A DNA stretch of 64,000 bases from Nitrosopumilus sp. (GCA_965207445.1 CBDBLX010000002.1:128001-192000); one strand, 5' to 3'; positions 22,391 through 33,309 are shown, numbered from the stretch's first letter. Translations and numbers: made by a program. The notes: a model not told the origin generated them from the letters alone.

Positions 22391-23137
22391 TTATTGGCTG
22401 TCTTTTGTGGATTCGCTTTCCTCTTTACTACTATCCCACTGCCACTTGTAATTCATGTAAGAGTCTATTTTTGCTTGATTGAACACCATTACACACAAAT
22501 CAGAAAATTCTCTTCCTTCTAGATCGCTTGTCATTCCATCAAATCTTGTCTGTTCTTCTGTTGTGAGTGCTTCAAAGACACTCACACGCATACTTTTCGT
22601 ATCAAAACCATACTCTCTGAGATATATGGCCACCTCTGATGGCATAAAATGCTTGTCTGGTCTCTTTGGCCATGGTCTTGGAATCAAAATTACACTCAAT
22701 CCTACTTTGAGTGCCTCACACATTTCTTGCTTTTTACCCTCGATGGATGATGTGACATGCATTGTTATTATTCTAGATTTGTCAAGCGGCACACCTGTCA
22801 TAGCTGCTGCTACTTGAACTGAACTAATACCAGGAATTATCTCTACTTTATCTCTACCAAATATTTCAAATAATCTGTCTATCACCTCTGACTCTGAAAA
22901 ATTCGCGTCACCTGTAAATGGCACTACCAATGTCTCATCTCTAGTCATACTTGTTGCAACACTTTGCAAAACATCTTCCTGACTTGACATTGTAACTTTG
23001 TGTATGGTAGTTTTTTCTGATGTAATATGTCGTATTGTGTTGAGTGTATACTGGTATCCTACAATAATATCACATTTTTGTATGATCTCTTCTCCTATAC
23101 GAGTTACATATTTTGGAGAACCAGGCCCTACACCCAC
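22391..23137 (-). CDS. cbiE: Cobalt-precorrin-7 C5-methyltransferase (tetrapyrrole methylase)
   Basis: GVGPGSP.Y, TGDANFSE, IIPGISSVQVAAA. Start uncertain. Confidence 0.85.
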   Translation of the reverse strand: MGVGPGSPKYVTRIGEEIIQKCDIIVGYQYTLNTIRHITSEKTTIHKVTMSSQEDVLQSVATSMTRDETLVVPFTGDANFSESEVIDRLFEIFGRDKVEIIPGISSVQVAAAMTGVPLDKSRIITMHVTSSIEGKKQEMCEALKVGLSVILIPRPWPKRPDKHFMPSEVAIYLREYGFDTKSMRVSVFEALTTEEQTRFDGMTSDLEGREFSDLCVMVFNQAKIDSYMNYKWQWDSSKEESESTKDSQ

Positions 23138-23229
23138 TGCATAGACGCGCGTAGATGATTCTAGTTTTGTCGTTTTATGTCCCTCCTCTATATTATCATT
23201 ATACTCATCATATACTCATCATATACTCA

Positions 23230-23730
23230 TCACTGTTGCTGTAAGTGCCGTCGCCTATCTTTCACAAATTCAACGAATGGACCCCAATCAACTTTCATGT
23301 ATTTGGTGGGCTCCTTTGCAGGATACTTTACCCAGTCTTGTGCTATTGTATAACTATGCTTTTCTTTCTTACCTTTATCTTTTTGATATTCGATCTCCAA
23401 CACACTGCCCCATGCTTTTTCCTCATATGTGATATCCATTATACACTCGTATGGTATCTCGATATTTCTATCATCTAACAAATCATCTACCAAATTCTCC
23501 TCTGTGTATCCATCGTGTCGAATCATGGTATTTTTTGATCTGATAAACTTTACTACCTGTCTTCGCATTATTGCATCCCACCATTTATAGTTCGATTCTG
23601 TCTTGTGCACAAACGCTACGTGTCTATCTGTAAGAAAGAGCATTCCTTCTCTACCTCCAATTGAAAAGAATCCGATGGATTCTCTCCACACTGAGACTAT
23701 ATGTGCATGAATTTTTTCATCAGAGTGCAT
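23230..23730 (-). CDS. Hypothetical protein (PH-like fold possible)
   Basis: Clean ORF from ATG 23730 with the motif GGREGMLFLTDRHVAF. Confidence 0.65.
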   Translation of the reverse strand: MHSDEKIHAHIVSVWRESIGFFSIGGREGMLFLTDRHVAFVHKTESNYKWWDAIMRRQVVKFIRSKNTMIRHDGYTEENLVDDLLDDRNIEIPYECIMDITYEEKAWGSVLEIEYQKDKGKKEKHSYTIAQDWVKYPAKEPTKYMKVDWGPFVEFVKDRRRHLQQQ

Positions 23731-23843
23731 ATGCCTAACAAGTATGCCACCTTTTTTAAAGTAAGGTGCAACAAGATGGGCTTTTAAGTAAGTTGAATGA
23801 CACACCTATATTGAAAAACAGCACTAGGACTCTGAGTTTTAGT

Positions 23844-25625
23844 ATGACTATTATGACAATATCACTTTTAGTAACTGCATGTGCCGTATTGGCGTCATCA
23901 TCTACAATCACACAGGTGATGGTATATGCGCAATTGCAAGATAACGATGACAAGGTGGCAGTACTAGAGACAGAATTGGGTACGATCGTAATAGAGTTTT
24001 TTGATGATGATGCGCCCAACCATGTGTCTAATTTCATAAACTTGTCAGAGTCTGGATTTTATGATGGGGTTTTATTTCATAGAATCATATCTGATTTTAT
24101 GATTCAGGGTGGTGATCCCAATACAATTAATGGTGAACAAAATACATGGGGCATAGGTGGCCCAGGACATGCAATAGATGCAGAGTTCAATGACATAAAA
24201 CATAACCGCGGTATCGTGTCTGCGGCAAGATCTCAAGACCCCAATAGTGCTGGTTCTCAGTTTTTTATAGTTCATCAAAATTCTAACTTTCTTGACGGAC
24301 AGTATACGGTGTTTGGTAGGATCATTACAGATGGTAGTTTTGAGACATTAGATGCAATAGCCAGCGTCCAGACTGAAGCGCAAGACAGACCTGTTGATAT
24401 TGAACAGGTTCGAATAAACAGCATCCGTATCATAGAACGCTCTGAGATAACCGATGCACTTACACTCTCACCTCCTGAGCGTAGCACTGAATCTATACAA
24501 ACACCACCCCCTCCAACTGAGCAGGCATACATTAGCGATGAGCTTGGAATATCATTTATGGTTCCTCCAGGTTGGTTCATACAAGAACCAGGACGCCAAA
24601 ACCCCGAAGCCCCTAACGTTGTTGCTATAGGGCCACAGAACCCGGCAGATGGTTCTATGCCTCAATTCTATGTCTATGTTGTTGATGCTAACAATATGAC
24701 GATCGAGGAGCTTGTAGATAAACGAGTAGCAGAGATTCAGAGTATAGTAAGCGTAGAGGACTTTGATACATTAATACAAGAACCTACTGTTGTATCTGGA
24801 CTTGATGCTCATAAATTTGAGATTATCGAAAACATTGCTTTTGATAATACCACCATTCCAGTTAAACTTGTAGAGATATTGGTTTATGGTGACGAGTACT
24901 ATTACAGATTAGCTTATGCACATGTACAAACGCATTTTGAGACTGCTGTACCTGATTTTCTCAAATTATTAGAGACGTTTGAGGTGACTGGGCCACCAAC
25001 AATCGACTCTGACTCTCCATCCATGGACTCTGATGACTCTCCATCCATGGATACTAGTGAGACTATGTTAAATGATGATGATTCCCCATCCATGGACACT
25101 AGTGAGACTATGTTAAATGATGATGATGATGGTAATGGCAATGATGTAATGACTGGTGACACCACAACTGATACACAATTAGAAAACGAACTAACAGGTG
25201 CCATGTCCTCTGATACTGGTGGTGACAATGGTGGATGTTTGATTGCAACTGCTGCATTTGGCTCCGAGTTGGCACCTCAAGTTCAAAGCTTGCGTGAGAT
25301 AAGAGACAACACGGTTTTGTCCACACAATCTGGTGTTGCTTTTATGTCAGGATTTAACACTGTATACTATTCATTCTCGCCACATGTAGCAGATGCGCAA
25401 CGTGAGTACCCGATATTTAGGGAAGCAGTCAAGCTATTCATTACTCCCATGATATCATCACTTGCTATAATGAATGCTGCTGATACTAATTCTGAGGGTG
25501 ATGTTGTTGTGTTTGGCTCTGCGATAATAGTATTGAATATTGGATTGTATATCGTCGCGCCTCTAGTTGGATTCTTTACATACAAAAAGATTACAAACAA
25601 AAGGGCCCTTTACAGCATTAAATAA
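23844..25625 (+). CDS. Secreted cyclophilin-type PPIase fused to a PsbP-like domain and CFI-box-CTERM anchor
   Basis: FYDGVLFHRII.DFMIQGGDP, AGSQFFI, YTVFG, then GISFMVPPGW, then GGCLIATAAFGSELAPQVQ..RDN plus TM and basic tail. Confidence 0.88.
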   Translation: MTIMTISLLVTACAVLASSSTITQVMVYAQLQDNDDKVAVLETELGTIVIEFFDDDAPNHVSNFINLSESGFYDGVLFHRIISDFMIQGGDPNTINGEQNTWGIGGPGHAIDAEFNDIKHNRGIVSAARSQDPNSAGSQFFIVHQNSNFLDGQYTVFGRIITDGSFETLDAIASVQTEAQDRPVDIEQVRINSIRIIERSEITDALTLSPPERSTESIQTPPPPTEQAYISDELGISFMVPPGWFIQEPGRQNPEAPNVVAIGPQNPADGSMPQFYVYVVDANNMTIEELVDKRVAEIQSIVSVEDFDTLIQEPTVVSGLDAHKFEIIENIAFDNTTIPVKLVEILVYGDEYYYRLAYAHVQTHFETAVPDFLKLLETFEVTGPPTIDSDSPSMDSDDSPSMDTSETMLNDDDSPSMDTSETMLNDDDDGNGNDVMTGDTTTDTQLENELTGAMSSDTGGDNGGCLIATAAFGSELAPQVQSLREIRDNTVLSTQSGVAFMSGFNTVYYSFSPHVADAQREYPIFREAVKLFITPMISSLAIMNAADTNSEGDVVVFGSAIIVLNIGLYIVAPLVGFFTYKKITNKRALYSIK

Positions 25626-25680
25626 GAATTCTTGGTAATTTAATAATACACGTTATAAACAAAGTTTTGTAAGACGTTGT

Positions 25681-26185
25681 GTGGCAAAAAAGATGTTGTA
25701 AATTTCAGACTTGATGCATACTGATATGATTAAAGATCCGATATTTTGATTGATATTCATCTTGAAGTTGAGTACATATTATGAATACAAAATATTAGAA
25801 AACTATCGGATCTTTAATGAAACTATTATGCAGATGTAATAGACGATCTCAAAACACGTGCCAAACGTGCAGACATGACTTTAACAGACGTACTAGTAGA
25901 TGCTCTCAAGGATACAGACTGACTAACAAAGATAAAGTATGAACAAGAGTTGACAAAATCCAGACTTGATAGAGTTGAAAAAATGTATTACAATGTAACA
26001 CACAAACCAATTCCAAAGACACGCTCAATTACAATACGTGTTACAGATGCAGAATATACCTTGATCGTTAATATTGCAAAAAGGAAGGAATCAAAAAGAT
26101 TGATTTTGTTAGACATGCGGTTTTAGATCATACAATACCTGCAATTTCAGATACAGAAAAGCCTGTACTGGAAGTGACACAATAA
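25681..26185 (+). pseudogene. Tandem ribbon-helix-helix (CopG/MobC-like) protein pseudogene
   Basis: Removing MITE A and one TSD gives MAKKDVVNFRLDADVIDDLKTRAKRADMTLTDVLVDAL...KTRSITIRVTDAEY. Also an internal TGA and a frameshift. Confidence 0.7.
25719..25828. mobile_element. MITE family A copy 2 (reverse orientation)
   Basis: 110 bp, TSD TGCA. Confidence 0.95.
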
Positions 26186-26224
26186 TTATAATCTCTTATA
26201 TAACGAAAATAAGATAGATGTAAT

Positions 26225-26449
26225 ATGGTAAGTGAAAAAGATGATAGACCAGTTATGCATAGTGAATGGAAAGAAGATCGAGACTATATGAGAAATGCAT
26301 TAAAAAATGTGAATGGTAGACTGGATAAGGTAGACGCAGCAATAAAAGATGTAAACACAACATTACAAACACACAAAGAATGTCTCAATAGTATACTAAA
26401 GGCAGTGAACGGTAAAAAGAGCAAGAAAGACAAAAAGAGTAAAAAATAA
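26225..26449 (+). CDS. Small coiled-coil protein with Lys-rich tail
   Basis: 74 aa ORF with a TATA-like TTATATAA about 25 bp upstream. Confidence 0.55.
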   Translation: MVSEKDDRPVMHSEWKEDRDYMRNALKNVNGRLDKVDAAIKDVNTTLQTHKECLNSILKAVNGKKSKKDKKSKK

Positions 26450-26500
26450 TACGTAAATCAAAGTCATAAAGTATCAAATTTGTCCCTTATGTAATAAAGG

Positions 26501-26673
26501 ATAAACAAACAATAACAATTTTTGCAAGTATTATGATAATTATACGTCTGTCAACTACAGGAATTGCATATGCAGAGATACCAGACTGGATTAGAGAAGC
26601 AGCAAGTTTTTAGGCAGAAGGTGGTATAGATGATCAAACTTATCTAAATACAATATCTTGGCTTATATACAAT
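26501..26673 (+). pseudogene. Fragment of a thaumarchaeal secreted IPxWIxxxAxWW-motif protein
   Basis: ...GIAYAEIPDWIREAASF*AEGGIDDQTYLNTISWLIYN, cut by the ISL2-like element. Confidence 0.6.
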
Positions 26674-27987
26674 AGATCATATGCATAATCAATATTTTAT
26701 TAGTACATATTATTTTTTTATATTTAAAAGATTATATTAAGTATTTTTGATTAGTTAGTTTTATAATCATTTATGAAAATTTATCCAAACATTTAATATG
26801 TGGTCAGATTTAGGTCACACGCTTGACAGCACAACAAGAGCAAATTATAAGAGATTCAAGAGAAGAACTTTAAAAAACAAAAATACAGTTACAAGTAAAA
26901 GACGACACAATTCAGAAAAAAGACAAGACAATAGAAAAATTTACCAAAAAGGTAAATGAACTTGAATCTATGTGAAATTTCAATGTTCTCAAACGTGGTG
27001 GGAACTTACAATTCATGCATGCTCAAAACAACATCGAGACTACGATAAATAGTGGGCGTCCAATTAAGACGTACCGTCTCAATGTCAAAAGAAAGATTCA
27101 ATGACGTGTGTGTTAAAGTTGTCAACATATCTTGTAAAGATGACATTGTACTATAAAGATGGCAGTCCTCGACCTGACAACAGATGCAAACTGTCATGAA
27201 ATCAGACTATATACATGTCAATTTTATCGAAAAAGTCTGCCACAAGACAGGTAGACTTTGAGATGTGGCTTGGCATAAGCCAAAGTACCATCTCAAGGGC
27301 AATCGAACACATCGATTGTATACTTGTCAAAGTATTACCTACTGCCAATGTTATCCAGCAAAAGATCAAAGACGCAGATGCAACTACACTTGATCAATTT
27401 GTGCCTGATAATAAACACATGATTGATGGCACCGAGTTTACAATGAAACGCCCACACGACAATGACGTACAAAAAGAATACCATTCTGGAAAGAAAGAAA
27501 AAACTACATACTGTAAAATCGACGATCGTTATAAACAAACAGGATTGATAATCTATGCAGGATCTGTTTACAATGACAAGAAACATGACATGGCAATGCT
27601 TCGTTTAGATGATCCTGATTTGGGTGTTATAACTGAGCGTATGAAATCAACACAGACTGCAGATGAAGACAAACCCACAAGTTGGTAGAGCGTGCAATAG
27701 GAAAGCTAAAACATTTTTCAATGCTGCGAATATATACATCAGATCTGATGATTCTCTTGACTGTGACTTGCAGATTATATCAGGATTAGTTAACCACCGT
27801 CTACTTTGGGATTCTAAAGAGAAAAAATTAAAGTTTGATCTCTGACCAGTAATTAAGGATTCATTTTGCCCGGGCATGCTTTCATTTATTTTCCATCTAT
27901 AATAGATCATATAGAAATATGATTTTTTATTGAAATTTGTTTTAATTTTTATTTGTTCTTATAATATATTGATTGTGTAAAAGGTCT
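26674..27987 (+). mobile_element. Degraded ISL2/IS702-like (DDE_Tnp_4-type) element
   Basis: Frameshifted transposase with IDGTEFTMKRP..QKEYHSGKK and HD motifs. Imperfect ~30 bp TIRs (AGATCATATGCATAATCAATAT / AGACCTTTTACACAATCAATAT) flanked by AAT. Confidence 0.7.
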
Positions 27988-28035
27988 AATAATAATAATA
28001 ATACTACACAACATTAAAGATGGCTGACATTTGAC

Positions 28036-29433
28036 TTACCATAAATCGTCTACTTCATCAAGAACCTTGAACTCTTTTTCGGCCTTGCGCTCTGTAAGCT
28101 TGAGTCTAGATATGTCTCTCTTAAAGAACAAGTCAATAACCCAGTCAAGAAATATTCTAGTCTTTTTCTCCCCTGATGGAATCTTTGCAATATAGATAAT
28201 CCTCCATACAACCCACGCCCAAAACCCGGAAATATTTATACCAAAAATAGATGCAATGCCTGTCCTCTTACCTATGATGGCCATTTGGCCTTTATCTTTA
28301 AAGACAAATTTTTCTTTTTTATGATCCTTGATTATAGCAATTAAATTTTTGGCGGCAATCTTACCTTGTGCCTTTGCAATCTGAGCCGTGGGTGGTACGC
28401 CTCGCTCTGTGCATGGATCCACAAAATGTACACAATCCCCTATCGCAAAGATCTCAGGTGATCCTGGTACCTCCAAGTATTCATCTACTAGAATCTTACC
28501 CCTTTCAGTCTTTAACATGGATCTTTTGATTGTATTGACTGGTGTGACGCCTGCTGTCCACACAAGTGTCTTTGTCATTATTGTTTCCTCTTGTTCTACA
28601 TGATTTGAATCTCTTAGACTTTTCAAGGTGACCGTGGTACCATCAAACCCCTTGACAGCAGTTTGCAGTTTAAACTCTATTCCATGCGCTTCCATCTTTT
28701 CTTTTGCAAATTTCGCCAAGCTTTGATTAAATGCAGGCAGTACGTTTGGAAGCGCGTCTAACACTATGACCTTTATGTCATCTTTTTTTATAGAGTGATA
28801 GTACTCTACGCGCGCATCATGCAAGAGGTCTACAAGTTCACCTGCTGTCTCTATTCCTGCAAATCCTGCACCTGCAATCACAAAACAGAGCATACTCTTT
28901 CGTAAAATCGGATCAGTCTCATTTTCTGCCTGCTCCAACATGTCAATAATTCTATTTTTAAGTATGGCCGCATCACCAAGTGTTTTGAGTGTATATGCAT
29001 TATTCTCAACATCTGACATTCCAAAAAAGTTTGTCTCGCTTCCAAGCGCAATGACTAAAAAGTCGTAATGTATGTACAATCCTCTCTTGTCTGATGTGCC
29101 CCATAAAGTTACGGTTTTAGCATGCGGTTCTATTCCCTTTACCCTCCCTTCATAAAATGTGGTCTTTTTACAAATTGCGCGTATTGGTGTGACTATATGT
29201 CTAGTCTCTATCATACCTGATATTACCTGAGGCAACATTGGTGTAAATAGCATAAAATTATCTTCATTGATTAGTATGATCTCTATGTCTGGATCACTTT
29301 TTAATTCTTTTTCTAGATTCTGTGCACACTCAACTCCAGCAAACCCACCACCCAATATGAGTATCCTCTTCTCTCTTCTTTTACTAGTGCTCAATTGACA
29401 ATTTATCTTTAATTTGTTTATATATGCTATCAC
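28036..29433 (-). CDS. ndh: Type II NADH dehydrogenase / FAD-dependent oxidoreductase
   Basis: ILGGGFAG, FTPMLP, GAGFAGIETAGE, IFAIGD, PPTAQIA, KGQMAIIG. Confidence 0.88.
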   Translation of the reverse strand: MIAYINKLKINCQLSTSKRREKRILILGGGFAGVECAQNLEKELKSDPDIEIILINEDNFMLFTPMLPQVISGMIETRHIVTPIRAICKKTTFYEGRVKGIEPHAKTVTLWGTSDKRGLYIHYDFLVIALGSETNFFGMSDVENNAYTLKTLGDAAILKNRIIDMLEQAENETDPILRKSMLCFVIAGAGFAGIETAGELVDLLHDARVEYYHSIKKDDIKVIVLDALPNVLPAFNQSLAKFAKEKMEAHGIEFKLQTAVKGFDGTTVTLKSLRDSNHVEQEETIMTKTLVWTAGVTPVNTIKRSMLKTERGKILVDEYLEVPGSPEIFAIGDCVHFVDPCTERGVPPTAQIAKAQGKIAAKNLIAIIKDHKKEKFVFKDKGQMAIIGKRTGIASIFGINISGFWAWVVWRIIYIAKIPSGEKKTRIFLDWVIDLFFKRDISRLKLTERKAEKEFKVLDEVDDLW

Positions 29434-30113
29434 GCGCGTCTTATACCGTCACGCAATACACCATATGCTCGTACAGCATCTTTTTCCCTTACTATTATTA
29501 TAATGTCATCTTGACCAAAGTATGCATTTACAAGATCTATTCCTGCTGTGTGTAAAATGTCTGCTACATGCGACAACGCATCAGATGGACTGCCATTATT
29601 AGGCGTATCCACTACAACTCTGATCTTTGCGAGGCCTGTACTAAACATATTATCATTTGTTTTTCCTTCTTGCATACTACGGAAGATCTCTTTGACAACC
29701 TCCATATCTTCTGCCAAAAATCTAAAAGAGTCCGAGAACCTAAAGAACTCATAATCTCTACCTGCCTTGGCAAATCTTCTCAACACCTCTGGTGCTCCCC
29801 CCTGCTGGTCAAACTCATTGGTAGAGAACCTAACATCCATCATTCCATCAGTTAGTGTCACTCTTGCATTCTTTAGTATTGGTTCTTCTTTTGGTATCTC
29901 TTCTTCTGCCAACCTATCTGCGTATCTTTTAATAGCTACTACTATTGTATTGAGATTGACTTTGTTGCCTAGTATACTCTCAACGTCTGGTTGTATCTTT
30001 ACTGCTAGTGCAGTATAGTTGATCAAGTCCATCATCATACAGTCATATATGGATCTATTTCTTGATATGATCTCCCTCACTGCCTCTGGAACTGATGTAC
30101 CGATGGTTCGCAT
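29430..30113 (-). CDS. ACT-domain-containing protein
   Basis: DLINYTALA..I, N.NTIVVAIKRY, C-terminal ACT-like fold. Confidence 0.75.
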   Translation of the reverse strand: MRTIGTSVPEAVREIISRNRSIYDCMMMDLINYTALAVKIQPDVESILGNKVNLNTIVVAIKRYADRLAEEEIPKEEPILKNARVTLTDGMMDVRFSTNEFDQQGGAPEVLRRFAKAGRDYEFFRFSDSFRFLAEDMEVVKEIFRSMQEGKTNDNMFSTGLAKIRVVVDTPNNGSPSDALSHVADILHTAGIDLVNAYFGQDDIIIIVREKDAVRAYGVLRDGIRRA

Positions 30114-30220
30114 ATAGTATTACAGTTTGTAAGCTATAATAGTTTTTTGTAATACATTAGCACACATACAAGTAATCTTTATATAATGTAATATGTATTA
30201 CATAAGTAGGTGAATATGAC

Positions 30221-30793
30221 ATGTTCTTCGGAAACGACACAGACAGACTCCTAAAGAGATTCTTCTCTGATCCGTTTGGATTTGAGTTGGATACTTGCGA
30301 TGGAAGTTCTGGCTGTGGTATAAACCAAGACAAGAGTGATGTTTCACTTCGTAGCAACCCTAGTGTAAGATACTATGGTTTTGTGGCAACTATGGGACCA
30401 GATGGCCGTCCTATTGTACGTGAGTACGGCAACATGGGTTCTGTGGGGCACAAGCTATCAGAGCAAGAGGGATACTTGCAAGATGCTACACAATCTCGTG
30501 ATGCGAGAGAGCCCTTGATGGACACTATCGTTGATGAGAAAGAAAAAGTTCTCAAACTGATAGCAGAGATGCCTGGTGTCGAGAAGAGTGACATAAAGAT
30601 CACCGTCAACAAGAGCCACGTATCAGTATCCACTGATACTCATAATGACGGCAAAAAATACCAGATGCAGATCCCACTTGAGCACAAGGTTGATGCAAAC
30701 TCCGCCAAAGCTACGTATCGAAACGGAATTCTTCAGATTACCTTTGACTTGGTCAAAGGTCCACAAGATGGGAAGACGATCAAAGTAGATTAG
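30221..30793 (+). CDS. hsp20: Small heat shock protein Hsp20
   Basis: GPDGRPIVREYGN, AEMPGVEKSDI, AKATYRNGILQI. Confidence 0.92.
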   Translation: MFFGNDTDRLLKRFFSDPFGFELDTCDGSSGCGINQDKSDVSLRSNPSVRYYGFVATMGPDGRPIVREYGNMGSVGHKLSEQEGYLQDATQSRDAREPLMDTIVDEKEKVLKLIAEMPGVEKSDIKITVNKSHVSVSTDTHNDGKKYQMQIPLEHKVDANSAKATYRNGILQITFDLVKGPQDGKTIKVD

Positions 30794-30926
30794 TGTGATC
30801 GTCTTTTCCAATCTTATTTTTCTTTACTCTTTTCTATTTCTTACAAGTTGGTATTATTTAAAATGAATACATCGGGAAATTATATTTCTCCATAAAAAGG
30901 CATAAGGATGTATTATTATGCATAAC

Positions 30927-31118
30927 TTATTTTTTAATCGAATTTATGGTGTGGCCCCGATTCGTCACCATCTGTATTATGGTCTCTATGGAATAGTCAA
31001 TACCATGCTCTTCCTCAAAATGCTGTCTTAGTTCTTCAATCGTTGTATTTGTTGTCTCTGCACTAATAATATATCCACATTCAAATCCATAGTCTGCACA
31101 TCTTAAATTAAGAGCCAT
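30927..31118 (-). CDS. DUF1059-like small metal-binding protein
   Basis: LRCADYGFEC...HFEEEHG. Confidence 0.75.
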   Translation of the reverse strand: MALNLRCADYGFECGYIISAETTNTTIEELRQHFEEEHGIDYSIETIIQMVTNRGHTINSIKK

Positions 31119-31196
31119 TACCGAGTGCAAAATTTTAGTCTATAAAACTGTAATTATATACTAACTGTAATTATACATTTTTTACACTGACTAAAA

Positions 31197-31670
31197 GTAA
31201 CCATTCAACTACTTTCCAAATTTTATGCGTGGAATCACCGTCTACCTGAGTAGGCACTATCAAAATAGATTTAATTCAAATAAATTAGTGTATATTATTA
31301 ATGCATATTATTAATGCATGTTATTAATAGTACATTTTATAGATCCTTTATTACTTATCAAAACATATAGCGACGAGCATAAGTTTCCGTACAGTGAATT
31401 TTTGTGATTTCATGCCTGAAATAATTACATGTGCCAAAGTCCAATTGTGAAAACGTTACAGTAAATAACAATATGACTATTTTTATGTTCAAGATTATGG
31501 CAGTATGTTGCAATGTGCACGATATACGCCAAAGAATGGAATAAAATTCAAGCTTACACCCCTAGCGTAAGATATCAACGATTCTGCATATCAGTAGGCA
31601 TGAAATGAAAGTGCAACGACAGAATTACCTTATCAACGCCCCCAGGGGATTAACATAGGTGAACGGTTAC
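31197..31670. mobile_element. Longer (474 bp) degenerate member of MITE family B
   Basis: Left end GTAACCATTCAAC..TTCCAAA.TTTA..TCACCG.CTA matches the 7251 copy over ~50 bp. Right end TGAACGGTTAC. No TSD seen. Confidence 0.6.
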
Positions 31671-31785
31671 TTTTTTCATGATAAACTTTGGGTGTTCTTG
31701 TAGTATTAAAAACAGCACCAATTTGTGTATTGTTTTCTAATTTGTAAATGGGTTGATTCATTTTATACTTCTGTAATGTAGGTAT

Positions 31786-32094
31786 ATGCTTGATCTTCAC
31801 AAAAGAGTGTTTGGTCATATTACATTAAAAGAGATTATAGGCTCACAACCACCTGCAATTCCCGATACTAGAGACCTACTTGCATCAGAGTTAGATGTGC
31901 TGTTACAAGAACTCAAAGACAAAACTAGTAATGAAATATCACATCTATTACAAGAACAACACAAAATACAAGATATGGTCAATAGTAGACCAGGTGCCAT
32001 GGCACTTGCTCAAAATAAAATCCGATTATACAACAAGTATAGTAAAATGTACACTGACGTCATGTCTGCTAGTATATCCGACAGCGATAAATAA
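31786..32094 (+). CDS. Hypothetical protein
   Basis: Clean 102 aa ORF with the motif HKRVFG.ITLKEI..SRPGAMALAQNKI. Confidence 0.7.
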   Translation: MLDLHKRVFGHITLKEIIGSQPPAIPDTRDLLASELDVLLQELKDKTSNEISHLLQEQHKIQDMVNSRPGAMALAQNKIRLYNKYSKMYTDVMSASISDSDK

Positions 32095-32334
32095 TATCAG
32101 ATAATAACAAATGATACCAAATAATACAATTTGATATTTGTTGTGTAATTTGAGGGTGGTTGATTCAATTTTTTATAATGAATGTATTTTCAATACTTGA
32201 AATAACAACATATTGTATTTTATAAATACAAAGCCAACCAACCTATTTTTTGTGTGAATTTTATTTACTGCTTATTTTAATTCTCCAAATACAGTTATCT
32301 ATATGTGATAATTTTCAATTATATAATCATGTTA

Positions 32335-33309
32335 TTATTTTTCATGTCGTATGTGACGGTCAAACTTTTTCTTTAACAAGATTGAGATTATAGCTCCTGC
32401 TGGAATTCCTATAATGGTACCTATGCTTACGTACGGTGCTATGAAGATGTTTCCCAACCAGATACCACCATCTGTAGTTATTTCCATGAACATTCTTGGT
32501 CGTAGTATTACAGATACCGTCTGTGAATCTGTTTTTTCTTCTCCAATGTCATCTACATATGTGACGATAATCTCAAATGGTAGATTGTAATCTGTCGAGA
32601 TTTGTTTGGCAGGTGTGATGATCTGCGATGTTATACTGACAGGCATCTGTCTTTCTATCTTTGTGAATGTATGCTGTGTTTCTCCTCGAAAAGTGATATC
32701 AGATGGTGGCACTATTCTGATCTGTACGTTTCTAAGATCTATGTCATCTGTGGTCACTTCTACTGTAATTGGAAATTCGGCATTTGCAAATATTGACTCT
32801 GGTGTCTGTGTTCGTATAGTTATGTTTGGATCTTTTTTTACCTTGATTGGAACTGCAATGTCGTAAAAAAATGGCTCTTGTGGTGTCTCGTTGTTTGCAA
32901 CCAATACGTGTGTATAGCGCAGATTTAGATAATGCGTACTTGGACTTGCATCATTTGTTATGTGTAAATTTATACTCTTTCCGTATGAACCACCCTCTGT
33001 AAGATTTCCTATCTCTACACTAGCTGTGGGGTCAGTTGTGATTACTTTGTTATCTGATAGTGATATACCAAAGGCAATATCTTGTTTGTTTTCCCAACCG
33101 TTGTTTTTAACAAGAATTGATACTGTTCCCTCTCGTCCTGTTATCATACTGTCTGGGTATGTTATCTGTATGTCCACTCCCCCTTCTATTGTATAGTTGT
33201 CAGTTGTTTCTGCATGTGTAATGTTTGCTGTTGGTAATAGTACTGTTGATAATAATGTGACGATAATAACACACATGATTGCTGTTAAGACAAACGTGTT
33301 TATGGACAT
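32335..33309 (-). CDS. Secreted, membrane-anchored Ig-like (COG1361/CARDB-type) protein
   Basis: Signal peptide, two beta-rich domains, C-terminal TM plus KKK. Confidence 0.7.
   Translation of the reverse strand: MSINTFVLTAIMCVIIVTLLSTVLLPTANITHAETTDNYTIEGGVDIQITYPDSMITGREGTVSILVKNNGWENKQDIAFGISLSDNKVITTDPTASVEIGNLTEGGSYGKSINLHITNDASPSTHYLNLRYTHVLVANNETPQEPFFYDIAVPIKVKKDPNITIRTQTPESIFANAEFPITVEVTTDDIDLRNVQIRIVPPSDITFRGETQHTFTKIERQMPVSITSQIITPAKQISTDYNLPFEIIVTYVDDIGEEKTDSQTVSVILRPRMFMEITTDGGIWLGNIFIAPYVSIGTIIGIPAGAIISILLKKKFDRHIRHEK

Noticed and set aside
32152..32245. Possible ~90 bp MITE (AGGGTGGTTG...CAACCAACCT)
   Set aside because: Short imperfect inverted repeat, no TSD and no second copy in the window
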